Positions 35,800 to 48,041 of a stretch of 64,000 nt of DNA are shown one piece after another. The stretch spans positions 34,752,136 to 34,816,135 of the forward strand of contig NC_068995.1 of NCBI RefSeq assembly GCF_001194135.2, in the 5' to 3' direction. The notes below the pieces were generated by a model, which saw only the letters and a list, made by a program, of their open reading frames with translations, was not told the origin of the DNA and did no database searches. Every line of letters starts with the position of its first letter. Position 1 is the stretch's first letter. This DNA comes from Octopus bimaculoides (taxonomy: Eukaryota). The position numbers and the translations under genes are program-made.

Positions 35800-37975
35800 C
35801 GAAATTTATAGAAAAACAAAAGACGAAGACAGCTGTATGAACAACAAGCAGGTTTATTAGTCTCTAGCCTACGCTCTTCAACAGAAAGGAATAAGAAAAA
35901 AAAAAAAAAAAACGGAATGAAAAAACCTGTAGATTTAGAGGTCAAGCCTGGGGACTGATTAGAAAAGGAGCTTGAAAGAAGAGGTTGGAAGAAAGGGAGA
36001 TAATAAAATGACGGTGATCCCCACTTGAAGGTGCGCGTGCGTATGAGTATGTGAGAATGGTGTGTATGAATGTGCAAGTGTGTGTGTGTGAATAGGGGTT
36101 AGTGACTTTGTCAGATCTTTGACAAGTCTGGGTGTGTGCGTGTGCGCATGTGTGTGTTTGTGTGTAAGTGTGCATCTGTTACGTGTGACTACGCGTAGAG
36201 TGGTGTGTGTGGTGACGTTATTAAAAATTGTATGTGGGTGATGGTGTGTGCTGTGGGTGCTGGTAAGAGGTCAGAGTTAGTATGCGTGTAGACGTGTGGT
36301 GGATTGGTGGTGTGGGGTGAGAGTGTGGATTTGTGTACTAGTGGTTGTGGGTGGTGCTGGGGTGTGGGGTTAGGAGTAGGTTTGTAACAAAGAAGAGAGG
36401 AGGTGGGTAAGGGTGAAGTGACTTTGACAAATCTTTGACGAGACTGGGTGTGAGTGAATGCGTGTGTGTGCGTGTGTGTGTCTGTAAGTGTGTGCATCTG
36501 TAACGTGTGGCTGCTCATATAGTGGTATGTGTGATGACGCTGTTGAAGATTGTGTGTGGGTGTGATGTGTGGATGATGGCGTGTGGTGTGTGTGCTGGGA
36601 AGTGTTCGTATTAGTGTGAAGTGGTGTCGATGGTGTGCTGGTATGGGTGGATAGGTGTGATTTTGGAGTGTGGCGATGGGTGGGTGTGTGAGGTTAGGGA
36701 TGGGGGTTTGAATGAAGAGAGGAGGTGGATAGGAGTAGATGTCAGACGAAGAAAGGAAGCAGGTGTCAGAGGAAGAGAGGAGGGGAGTTGAGCCCATGTG
36801 GCTCAAAGGAGTGAAGAGAGAAGACAAAATCCTTTTCACGGCGAATGCGAGTGTCCGGATGGCTCCTGTGCAAAGACAATCCGAACACCGACAGATGTAG
36901 TGAATGACTGGTAGAGAGGAAATGACGTGAGACCGTGGTGTCGTTGCCGAGTGTAATGTCTCGGAGGAGCTCCGCGAACCGGTCAGCTAAGAGGCGTCTC
37001 GTTTGACCGATATACAAGGAAGAGCAGAAAGAGCAGGAGATGCAGTAAATGACGTTACTGATGCGATAGGGACGATGATAGGTACCTGTGATCATGATGG
37101 TGTTGGACAGGTAGGGTCAAGTACAGGAGCGAGGGCAGGAGGAGGGGAACGAGACAAGCTGGGAAGTGGGGTTTGGTAAGAAACTGTGGACCAGGAGGTG
37201 ACGCAGGTTGTGGGCTCGTTTGAAGGAGAGAAGTGGTAGGTTGGAGAAGATGTGCGAGGAGGAGGGGTAGGACTGTAGTTGCCGGAAGGCTCGGAGAATG
37301 GTGCGTTGGAGGAGTGATAGGTGAGTGGAAACGGGAAACGAGCAACGACGGAGCGGGTGCGGCGAGAAAGAGCAGAGCACGTTGCACGGTGCGTACTCTG
37401 GCAAGGGCGGTGTGGATAGTGGTGAGGGGATATTCACAAAGTGGTGAGACATGAGACTGAATCTCAAAGGTTATGGTTGTCACTGCAGGGCCTGCGCAGA
37501 CTGAAGAATTGGAAGTAGGGGATGGAGACCTTGATATGGGTAGGGTGGGAGAAGGAGAAGTTATGGAAGGAGTGTATTCGGTATGTTTGTAGTGGATGAA
37601 GGTAGTGAGAACGGAGTGGTGATTACTAACAGACATGCCAAGAAATGCGACGGAAGTGTTAGAAATACTGCAGGGAATTTCAAGGGCAGGATGGAAGGAT
37701 TGGACAAAACAGAAGAATGAGTTTAGTTGTTCGCGGGAGAGTGAGGTCGCACCGATGTAGTCATCATTGTTAGGCCTCAACGTAGCCAACGAACAGGTTA
37801 GCACAGTTGGAGCCCATTCTCGTTCCCATGGCCACTCCCGATACGTTGGTAAAATCTCCCGCGGACGAGAAGCAGTTGAGGGAGAGAACAAGTTCGGCCA
37901 GACGAAGAATTGTGGAAGTGTCAGGTTGGGGGTTGCGCCGATTGTCCACCAAGTGTTTCAATGCATATGTATATT
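35800..37975 (-). mobile_element. Penelope-like element (RT + GIY-YIG + 3' region/pLTR), frameshifted, 5'-truncated
   Basis: RT 'LRLAELVLSLNCF...GVAMGTRMGSNCANLFVG', 'NDDYIGA...FHPAL...VAFL'; Cys linker 'SCPRSCT'; endonuclease 'NVIYCISCSFCSSLYIGQTRRLLADRF...HF...HGLN' (36766-37095); hammerhead-like motif at 35851-35890. Confidence 0.9.
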
Positions 37976-37995
37976 TGCACACACATACACACACA

Positions 37996-38090
<95 letters not shown>

Positions 38091-39035
38091 NNNNNNNNNN
38101 NNNNNNNNNNNNNNNNNNNNNNNNNNNNNNNNNNNNNNNNNNNNNNNNNNNNNNNNNNNNNNNNNNNNNNNNNNNNNNNNNNNNNNNNNNNNNNNNNNNN
38201 NNNNNNNNNNNNNNNNNNNNNNNNNNNNNNNNNNNNNNNNNNNNNNNNNNNNNNNNNNNNNNNNNNNNNNNNNNNNNNNNNNNNNNNNNNNNNNNNNNNN
38301 NNNNNNNNNNNNNNNNNNNNNNNNNNNNNNNNNNNNNNNNNNNNNNNNNNNNNNNNNNNNNNNNNNNNNNNNNNNNNNNNNNNNNNNNNNNNNNNNNNNN
38401 NNNNNNNNNNNNNNNNNNNNNNNNNNNNNNNNNNNNNNNNNNNNNNNNNNNNNNNNNNNNNNNNNNNNNNNNNNNNNNNNNNNNNNNNNNNNNNNNNNNN
38501 NNNNNNNNNNNNNNNNNNNNNNNNNNNNNNNNNNNNNNNNNNNNNNNNNNNNNNNNNNNNNNNNNNNNNNNNNNNNNNNNNNNNNNNNNNNNNNNNNNNN
38601 NNNNNNNNNNNNNNNNNNNNNNNNNNNNNNNNNNNNNNNNNNNNNNNNNNNNNNNNNNNNNNNNNNNNNNNNNNNNNNNNNNNNNNNNNNNNNNNNNNNN
38701 NNNNNNNNNNNNNNNNNNNNNNNNNNNNNNNNNNNNNNNNNNNNNNNNNNNNNNNNNNNNNNNNNNNNNNNNNNNNNNNNNNNNNNNNNNNNNNNNNNNN
38801 NNNNNNNNNNNNNNNNNNNNNNNNNNNNNNNNNNNNNNNNNNNNNNNNNNNNNNNNNNNNNNNNNNNNNNNNNNNNNNNNNNNNNNNNNNNNNNNNNNNN
38901 NNNNNNNNNNNNNNNNNNNNNNNNNNNNNNNNNNNNNNNNNNNNNNNNNNNNNNNNNNNNNNNNNNNNNNNNNNNNNNNNNNNNNNNNNNNNNNNNNNNN
39001 NNNNNNNNNNNNNNNNNNNNNNNNNNNNNNNNNNN

Positions 39036-39083
<48 letters not shown>

Positions 39084-40052
39084 ACATCCACTTATACTCC
39101 AATTTATGTTCCTATGTCAACATACAATGCGTACTCACTCAAATTTCTCTATGCAGAAGACTTGTTTGTCTATTAAAGGATTTAAACTAAACAATTAATT
39201 TTATATAATAAATTAAAAGGATAATCAAACGTTAAATTTGTCTATCTACTTTTGTCTCATTCATTTTCCCTTCCATTTAGTTTTTTTTCTTTTACCTGTA
39301 CTTATTTTTTTGATTGTAGTTTTCCTTTTCATTGTGGTTTTTGTGCCGTTGTCTACTATCATTGTACATTCATGCTAAAATATTTTTTAAGGCGGTAATA
39401 ATCTCATAAATGTCATTTGTTAATAGGATACGTTTAGTCACTAAATAAACAGTATTATGTATATATTTGTTGATTCTATGCGTAGTATGGGACCACAGCT
39501 TAAACACGTCTTACTATAGAGTACTGTTTATCTATATTGAAAACTGGGGCCTACATACGAAAAAAGACTTTAAAATAATATAAGTATTGTGGCCCATTAT
39601 CAAGTTGGTTTGCAACAGTTTTTGTTTGTTTTTGTTTTCCGTTTGTTAATCAAACTTTATCAATTCAATATTATATACATTTCCACCACGATAGAATTAT
39701 TTGTCATCTCTGATTATAGAACTCCTCCTACGATGATACTTATTCCTATACACCGAGAACATAATATCACTCCATATTAAATATGTTGGATTCCTAAATT
39801 TTACTTAGCGATCCGACATCTGCAAATATCCTTGCTTAAAAGAAAACTGAAAACTTTGTTTACTCAAGCAATTATAAAGCTGAAATCATTTGAGACTCAT
39901 TTCGTTTTCGGTTTATTGATTTTTCAAATAAATAAACATAACAATTTCAACATTGTTTGTGATGACCTGTGTAAATAATATCTTAAAAAGTAGCTGCAGA
40001 CACTTGAGCTACACAAGAACAAACACTTCCATCCCTCATACACATACATACA

Positions 40053-40119
<67 letters not shown>

Positions 40120-40154
40120 TGACTCACACACACACACACATACATATATTCCAT

Positions 40155-40340
40155 TCAAATAAACGAACAATAAAATTAACAATAACAAACAACAAGAGGA
40201 CGTGCACAAGGAACGTATTAGTTTCACGCTCAGTAAAGAGAGTTTTTAACATTTCGAGCATACTTTTTCGTCAGAAAGGAGAAAGAGAAAAATGCAAAGA
40301 AGGAAAAGAAATCGCCAACAGCACTCGGGTAGTTACATAC
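40155..40340 (-). mobile_element. Probable PLE terminal (pLTR) fragment with the best-preserved hammerhead-like core
   Basis: Minus strand 'ccttt-CTGACGA-aaaagtatgctc-GAAAtgtt-aaaa...gagcgtgaaactaatac'. Confidence 0.6.
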
Positions 40341-41759
40341 ATACAAACAGACACATATATTTCGCTTAGGCATAGCGATACTAATAACTAAGTGTTAAAT
40401 CTCATTATACATATGCTTCATAGTAAACCGTTAGATAAATGCTTGTGTGTCAGCTTGGGGCTTTAAAAATGACTGGCACATGCAACCTTAGAGTCGGACA
40501 TAAATATTGTTATCTATAATAATCAGCCAAACGAACTGATCATTATTACCAACAAGGTTACTAGAAATAACAGCCACTTATCACCTACCCTATCGCAAAA
40601 AGGAAAAGTATCCAGAATCTCCCCATACTGAACATATAATGAACGACCAAGAAATTCTATGAAAGTCGTCCCTTGTGCAAACACTACAAATACTTTTAGT
40701 AAAATCAACGGCAACGGCCATGACAGATACCGGCATGGCATCGGCTCACAAACGCCAAGTGAATAAAATATTTTGAGAACGGTCTATCGCCTTTTAAGCC
40801 AGTTTAGCAGAAAACCCGGCGTAACCAAATTCGAATAAAAACTGGGTATACTCAGGAAATGACGAGGAGGAAAGTTACCTATAATGGAAAATAGCAGGAG
40901 TTTCAGTTGCTGACCGCAAAGCAGTAAAGACCCTATTCATTATGCTGAGAGAGGCCTATTGTATAATGTTACCCTGTTTTTATATAACTTCAGTTTATTT
41001 TATTTTGTTTGTGGTGCCATGTGGATAATAATCTTGCCAGGGGAATTTTTGAGCCGATTTCAAAACAAAGAATTTTTTTCCCTTACAACATCGCTTGAAA
41101 TAGTGTTTTGTTTCTTTTTAAACTTCTTTGTACACAGAGAATCTCCGAGAAATTTCAAAGTTCTAAACATTAGTGTTTATGCCAAAAAAATTTTAAAGGT
41201 GTTTTTTAATGAGGTTTATTATCTTTTTTCTTGTCTTGTCAAAACATCTGTATAAGATCTCGTCTCTTAAACAACGAAAGGAAACGCCTCAGTAACACAA
41301 AACAAAGAAAAAAAAAGTTGTCTGAACAACGGAACACTTGCCATAAAATAATGAAAACCTATTTCAGTCTCTCGTCCTACGTAAATGATATTCCGGAGGC
41401 TCTTTTGAGTGTACTAAATTCCATTATAAACAGTGGGTTTTATGTGGGTGGATCTAGTAACATTTTTTCTGATGTTATGAAAAATACTTTGTTTTAGTTA
41501 TTACGTGATTGTTTATGATTTTACAATTAGCATATGTCATTATTTTATATTACTTTCTAATACATTTTCTTCATGCAGAATCCCGACCAACTCGCTCGTT
41601 TTCCTGTATTGTTCATCTTCTTAAGTTTTCGCAATAGCCACTCAATTTAGTGTTTCGTGATTGTGTATCTATGAGTTACTTGATTGTAGTTGCTCTCAGC
41701 AATTAACAACGAAATTCTTAGTATGAGTAAGTACTGGGTCGATAGTGTTCTAATACCGA

Positions 41760-42700
41760 TAGTGTTCCCCGGTTCCTCTTTCAGCACCCTTTCTGTTCAA
41801 TAGATAGCAGCTCACTTTTTACTAAGTATCTATACAGTCCATCGGCCAAAGCACCTGACAATAGTTTCCACATTAGCAGAAGACATGTTATTGGTCGAAA
41901 GTTGGATGCAACATTACCCTTTTTAGGATCCTTGGCACAGAACAATGTCTTTCTTTTAGTTATCAGCTGGGTACTGCGCCTTCCTGCAAGCACTTATCTA
42001 GCTGTTGTGTTATCCTTTCATAGAGTCCCCTCATCTTCTTCATCCAATAACATTATACCCCATCTGGTCCTCAGCTCTTCCGGTTTGGGAATTTCATTAA
42101 TTGCTTTTATTTTTATCATATATGCAGTTATTTGTATGTTGGCTTGTTTGCTCTGGTGGATCCTTTCAGAGCGGATAGCAGCCTGCTGTCAGAGGTCTTG
42201 CGGGGTCTTTTTCCGCATATTATAAACCTTGATTCTTGGTTGTTAATTATCGTGGGAGACATTCAACATCCAAGTACCAATCTCCAAATCCTAACTGTCC
42301 CGAAGAGAGCAGATTTTTGGGCTTACTCTGTTCTCATGTCAATTCCGATTTCTTTGACATATTTCTCGAACTTGGTTGTTAGTGCTCCGAGTGATATTAC
42401 AACTACTGAAATGATAGACATTCTACTAATAGTCCACATTCTTGCAATTTCATTTTTTAGTAGTCTGTAGTTTTCAATCTTCTTTTCTAGTTCTGGTGAA
42501 GTCTGCAACATGCCACCTGCTTCAGTTCATCTCTCTTCATCTGTCATTTCTTCTTCATCTGTTGTTTCTTCCTCAGCTATACTCTTTTCTTCCTCTTCAT
42601 CTGGTTTTTCATCAAAAAATAATCCTAATTCTTCTATGTCTAATTCTCTTACAACCACCTCTCTCAATTTCTTCATTTGTCCTTTGTAGTCCATTGTGAA
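41760..42700 (-). mobile_element. R4/Dong-clade non-LTR element fragments in permuted order
   Basis: RLE C-terminus 'KKIENYRLLKNEIARMW...VVVISLGAL...AQKSALFGT' (42500-42260) lies upstream of the RT start 'PNRKS*GPDGV*CYWMKK...KDPKKGNVASNFRPITCLLLMWKLLSG...EQKGC' (42100-41780). Confidence 0.85.
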
Positions 42701-42969
42701 TCTGAAAGGAAAGGAGATTTCGCACTTTCATAGCATTCAAAACCATCTAATAACAAGAAGAAAAAAAAGAAATGTCAGTCAGTCGACAATAATATATGAT
42801 TTTATGCTAGAAATAATCAGCCTTTCAGGTATAAAACTTAATAAGTAAAATAAACAATAATAAAAAGGAAGCAAAGATGTACCTGTCAATAAATAGTACA
42901 GTGGTATGGTGGGGTATGCGCAACCCCTGACACACATAACACATGTGTACACTCTCATCACTCAGCAAG

Positions 42970-43046
42970 TAACTCAGTGGAGTTGTGCATTAACTCAATG
43001 GAGTTGTGCATTAACTCAGTGGAGTTGTGCATTAACTCAGTGGAGT
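42970..43046. repeat. 21-bp minisatellite, 3.7 copies (taactcagtggagttgtgcat)
   Basis: Contiguous units with a single substitution. Confidence 0.95.
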
Positions 43047-43725
43047 GCACCATGAAATTACATGGATGGATAGCACTATCACTGCTGCCAGATGTTAGAT
43101 ACACATATAGAAACATTACCTGAGGTATAGATACCCCACCGCATCACTGGAGGGTTAAACTCTGGAAGTGAATTAACCTATCTAAATATAAGCTTAATAG
43201 ACACAAACAGACGCAAACAAGCACACACAGACGCACTCGCAAACATATACATAATATATGTGTTGGGTGCATTGTGTGTGTTATTTGGGTTGCGTGTCTG
43301 TGGGCGCATGAGGGAGTACGTGTGTATATATATAAGGAAGTACGTTATTGATTTATCATCGATAGCAAAAGATTTCTGGTTCGAAATGTAATCATCGACT
43401 CGATATCTGAAGCAATTATCTATTATATTAAAGAAATCATTTAAGATGAATGAATGTCTGATAATGAACGATAACTGTTGCCAGTAAATACATCATTCTG
43501 ATTGTGTGTGAGTACGGAGCAAAATGATGAAGCCAGAATAGTTGGGTTTGTAATGAGAGCCAGGGAGGGGAATGACTATGGTTGATACTTAGTTTTCAAG
43601 TACTCAGTATCTCTATTCTAACCTGTATCTCTATATTTTAACAATTCAAGCCGTCTGACTCATGGAGAGGACTTACGCACATATACATTTAGCAACACAT
43701 ATTTATAAGAGCACATATAAATGTT

Positions 43726-43772
<47 letters not shown>

Positions 43773-43886
43773 CATGTATATGTATGTGTATATGTATATG
43801 TATATATATATATGTATGTGTGTATATATGTATGTTTGGATGTATGTATGCATGTATGTATGTATGTATGTATGTATGTATGTTTG

Positions 43887-43951
<65 letters not shown>

Positions 43952-44348
43952 GTATGTGTGTATATATGTGATCTACTTCACGTTTTGCAACATTCCTATG
44001 AAATGAGCCCATTAATAATATTATGATGATTCAACCTCTATTGTTATTCTTTTTCTGGATCATATATCATAAATTCTTTCGTGCTTGGGTAAGTGTGAAA
44101 CTACGTTTGAAAGCAATGATGTTTCCAGAGAATATAAATATTGTTCAAAATGATTTAAAGGCACAGTGATATAACTTTGGATGCTATACAAAACTGCTTA
44201 GAAAATATGTTTATAGTTTCTGTAAGAAGTGCAGCCCATTGGGGGAAAGAGAGTGATTTGGCTATGACGTGTCTGCAGCAAGGAGTTAGAAAGAAAGATA
44301 AGGAAAATGATAGAAGAGAAATATTTGAAAAGAAAGGAAGAGAAAATT

Positions 44349-44470
44349 ATGAAATTTGCAATAATTCGATCCCTTGTCTTTTATATTTAAAATATATAAA
44401 TGGAAGGAAGACATAAAATGAAATTTGCAATAATTCGATCCTTTATCTTTTTATATTTAAAATATAAAAA
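44349..44470. repeat. About 70-bp tandem duplication
   Basis: 'tgaaatttgcaataattcgatcc.tt.tcttttatatttaaaa' at about 44350 and 44419. Confidence 0.85.
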
Positions 44471-44480
44471 TACTAGAATG

Positions 44481-44859
44481 TTGTTGGCACTCCGTCGCTT
44501 ACGACGTCGAGGGTTCCAGCTGATCCGATCAACGGAACAGCATGATCGTGAAGTTAACGTGCAAGTGGCTGAGCACTCCACAGACAAGTGTACCCTCAAC
44601 GTAGTTCTCGGGGATATTCAGCGTGACACAGTGACAAGGCTGACCCTTTCAATTACAGGCACAACAGAAACAGGAAGTAAGAGTGAGAAAGTTGTGGTGA
44701 AAGAGTACAGCAGGGTCCGCCACCATCCCCTGCCGGAGCCTCGTGGAGCTTTAGGTATTTTCGCTCAATAAACACTCACAACGCCCGGTCTGGGAATCGA
44801 AACCGCGATCCTATGACCGCGAGTCCGCTGCCCTAACCACTGGGCCATTGCGCCTCCAC
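44481..44859 (-). mobile_element. SINE family C, full length, with perfect 12-bp TSD
   Basis: TSD aatactagaatg at 44469-44480 and 44860-44871; A/B boxes on the minus strand; tail '...cgacggagtgccaacaa'. Confidence 0.95.
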
Positions 44860-45099
44860 AATACTAGAATGGCATTAGAATAATATAATGATATTGCACA
44901 CTTAGACACATTAAAAACAACGGACACAAAAGAGCGCAGATAATAGAATATTTAAGTGATTGAAGAAGCATGGAATGACCATGAGTCGCTGATGAGGTTT
45001 TATTAGTTCAAAACATGTGCATAGCCTAGCGAACCTTCAAAACAAAGTTTGGAATTTTATCGAGATTTTCTCTTCTGAAAGATGTATTCCACCATCACC

Positions 45100-45620
45100 T
45101 TGTCTGTGATTTATGTACACCTGTCAAAGTGATGCAGCTCTTAAAAGCCTGGCTTTGAATCATGCCGAAATTTTCTCCACTCTTGCCTAAAATTCCCTTT
45201 ATCAGCTCTCAAACACACTAGTGCCTTCCCGACAACCTCAACCCCAAAAATGCTTAGTCCATGCTGTGCCCCTGCAATAGGCTTGGCCTCGAATTCTTCC
45301 ATGCCTCAATAACTACATACTATTCTCACAATGCCCCTTCATTCTCTTGGTCTCCCACTCAACATCAACTTAAAATGTAAACATTCAATTGACTGTCTAC
45401 ACTTTTTCTTCCGCTGTTTCATGGTGCCAAAATACTAACACTATCCACTAATTCTTCATCCTTTGTCAAAGCTGAATTTCTTCAGTGCTATGGTCTTTAA
45501 CTTAACTGTACCACTCACTATCTTAACCAGCAGTTTGTTGATGCATCCTGCATGCCCATTTTACCACCATACTGTGACCTAGAATTGTATACTGCAATAC
45601 ATCTCTTAAATGTCTTTCAA
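45100..45620 (-). mobile_element. Very decayed LINE C-terminal fragment, possibly RTE
   Basis: Only scattered motif-like remnants (YFGTMKQR, GRIRGQ). Confidence 0.25.
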
Positions 45621-45809
45621 CATGTCTAGCAAAATAATTTCAATCTAGAAATCCAACAGTCACTCATACCGTCCTTCTAGAAGCTTGACTAGATATATAT
45701 CTAATGCCATTCCATGTGGAAAGATGTTTGGTGTTGTTGAGGAGTCCTTTAATAAAGTGGCTATACACCATTCATAGGCGTAAAAACAAAAAGGACAACA
45801 AAATATAGA

Positions 45810-46518
45810 ACTTGTAGTCTGGATGCAAAGAGAATAGAAATAGTGAAAAACTACAACTTGAAATGGCTTTGAGACACATCTGGCAGGATGTCACCTACCT
45901 TGCCAAAGGGAAGAAATACGCAACTGTGGAGGTGCAATTTGCATCTGAGGAGAAGGCCAAGCAACATTTGGTAGCCTACCATAAAACGGACGAGGTAATA
46001 CTCCTGCCTACTTACCTTGGAAGACGTGCTTCCAGGGTGAGGGTGGAAGAGATACCCCTGCCCCCAGAGGTAGATGTTGCCTGGCTGGTGGCAGAAATAC
46101 TGCTGGGTGTACAGAAGATTGAGGTCCTCCAGGCAACGAGAACTCCGCTAAAAAATTGGCAAGCGAAGAGCCTGGAGATAATTATTCAGGCTGCCGTGGA
46201 GGACGTGGAAAGAGTGGTCGACACCATAACGGTGGGCGACGAGGTGGTGTTGAGAGTTATAATGGAGGGTAGGAAGCCCCGCTGCTATAAACGTAACCAG
46301 AAATGCCACATAAAAGCATAGTGCTCTCCACCGACCACAATGACACCAGCAGCACTGCAGGCCCGAGGAGAAATCGCACCTCCACCTCCTGTAATGGCAA
46401 GTGGTACAGGAGGGAGAGTGGAGGAGCCCGGCAAGGAGGAAAAGTGGAAGACGGTAAGCTGGAAAAAGAGAAAAAGAGAACCCATCCTACCCCCACCCAA
46501 CCCCCACTCTCCCCCAAC
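45810..46518 (+). mobile_element. Tx1/L1-like ORF1 (gag-like zinc knuckle) pseudogene
   Basis: ORF 45863-46321 ends 'EGRKPRCYKRNQKCHIKA*C' (decayed CX2CX4HX4C), followed by a Pro-rich linker and 'WKTVSWKKRKR'. Confidence 0.75.
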
Positions 46519-46896
46519 NNNNNNNNNNNNNNNNNNNNNNNNNNNNNNNNNNNNNNNNNNNNNNNNNNNNNNNNNNNNNNNNNNNNNNNNNNNNNNNNNN
46601 NNNNNNNNNNNNNNNNNNNNNNNNNNNNNNNNNNNNNNNNNNNNNNNNNNNNNNNNNNNNNNNNNNNNNNNNNNNNNNNNNNNNNNNNNNNNNNNNNNNN
46701 NNNNNNNNNNNNNNNNNNNNNNNNNNNNNNNNNNNNNNNNNNNNNNNNNNNNNNNNNNNNNNNNNNNNNNNNNNNNNNNNNNNNNNNNNNNNNNNNNNNN
46801 NNNNNNNNNNNNNNNNNNNNNNNNNNNNNNNNNNNNNNNNNNNNNNNNNNNNNNNNNNNNNNNNNNNNNNNNNNNNNNNNNNNNNNNNNNNNNNNN

Positions 46897-47727
46897 AAAA
46901 AAAAACTTGAAGTTAGCTAGAAAACTGCCTGCAACCATTTGCAAGCGATCGGAAAATCACGAAAGCTCGACAAATGGGTACCCCATGATTTGAATGAAAA
47001 TCAGAAAACGCGCAGATATGAAATTTGCGAGTTGCTTCTTCTCTGTAACTAGATCGATCTATTTCTAGACCGTATTGTAACTTGCGATGAAAAGTGGATT
47101 TTGTACAATAATAAAAGACGTTCTTCGCAGTGGCTAGACTAAAATGAAGCACCAAAAACCTTCCCTAAACCTGGGCTCGCTAAACAGAAGGTTATGGTCA
47201 CTGCTTGGTGGTTTACCGTTGGAATCATCCACTACATCTTCATAAAACCCGAAAAACCCATTACTGCAGAAACATATTGCGGTGAAATTAACAAAATGAA
47301 CGAAAAACTGCTACTCCTCCGTCTCAGACTGGTCAACAGAAGAGGGTCAATCATCTCATGACAATACTCGACCACACGTTTCACTAATGATGCTCGAGAA
47401 GTTGAGGAAACTTGGCTATGAAATTCTTCCCCACCCAGCTTATTCCCCAGACCTTTCTCCTACCGACTCGCACTTTTCAAGCACCTTGATTGTTTCCTGC
47501 GAGAAGAGTTAAAAAATCATACCAATGCTGAAAGTGCGTTCAAAGAGTTCATGAGCTCCAGAACTCCAGATTTTTATGTTACTGGAATAAACGAACTCGT
47601 AACTCGTTGGCTAAAAACGAATTGATTGTAATCGTACTTACTTTGATGAATAAAATTTCTACATTGTTGAAATATATTGTGATAAATGTCATGCTTCAAA
47701 ACGCTGCTTACTCTTTACTCAGCCTGA
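46897..47727 (+). mobile_element. Mariner (DD34D) transposon, 3' part with right TIR; inactive
   Basis: KWVPHDL, IVTCDEKWI, HDNTRPH-(34 aa spacing)-YSPDLSPTD; stops and frameshifts; ends 'tactctttactcagcctga' + TA. Confidence 0.93.
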
Positions 47728-48005
47728 TATATAAAGTTCGCTAGGTCATCCAGCTGGTCAACTTAAAATTTCTACCTATCACTGAGTTTTGTCATGATAT
47801 AATCCAAGAATTCATCAATGAAATACTGCTGAAACAGCTGTTGTGAATTTTAAACCCCATTTGTGTATTTTTATACACACACACTTACATACATACATAC
47901 ATACATGCATACATACATACATACATACATACATACATACATACATAGTACATACATACATACATACGTACATATTTATGCGTGTGTATATGTGTATATA
48001 TATAT

Positions 48006-48041
<36 letters not shown>

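Noticed and set aside
36189-36839. 216-aa His/Thr/Pro-rich ORF
   Set aside because: Translation of the low-complexity GT-rich PLE 3' region.
37767-39198. Long ORFs (up to 469 aa) here and across other N-runs
   Set aside because: They consist of X residues from gaps plus dinucleotide-repeat translations; they are not genes.
42970-43046. Short palindromic repeats resembling a CRISPR array
   Set aside because: No spacers, no cas genes, eukaryotic context; it is a minisatellite.
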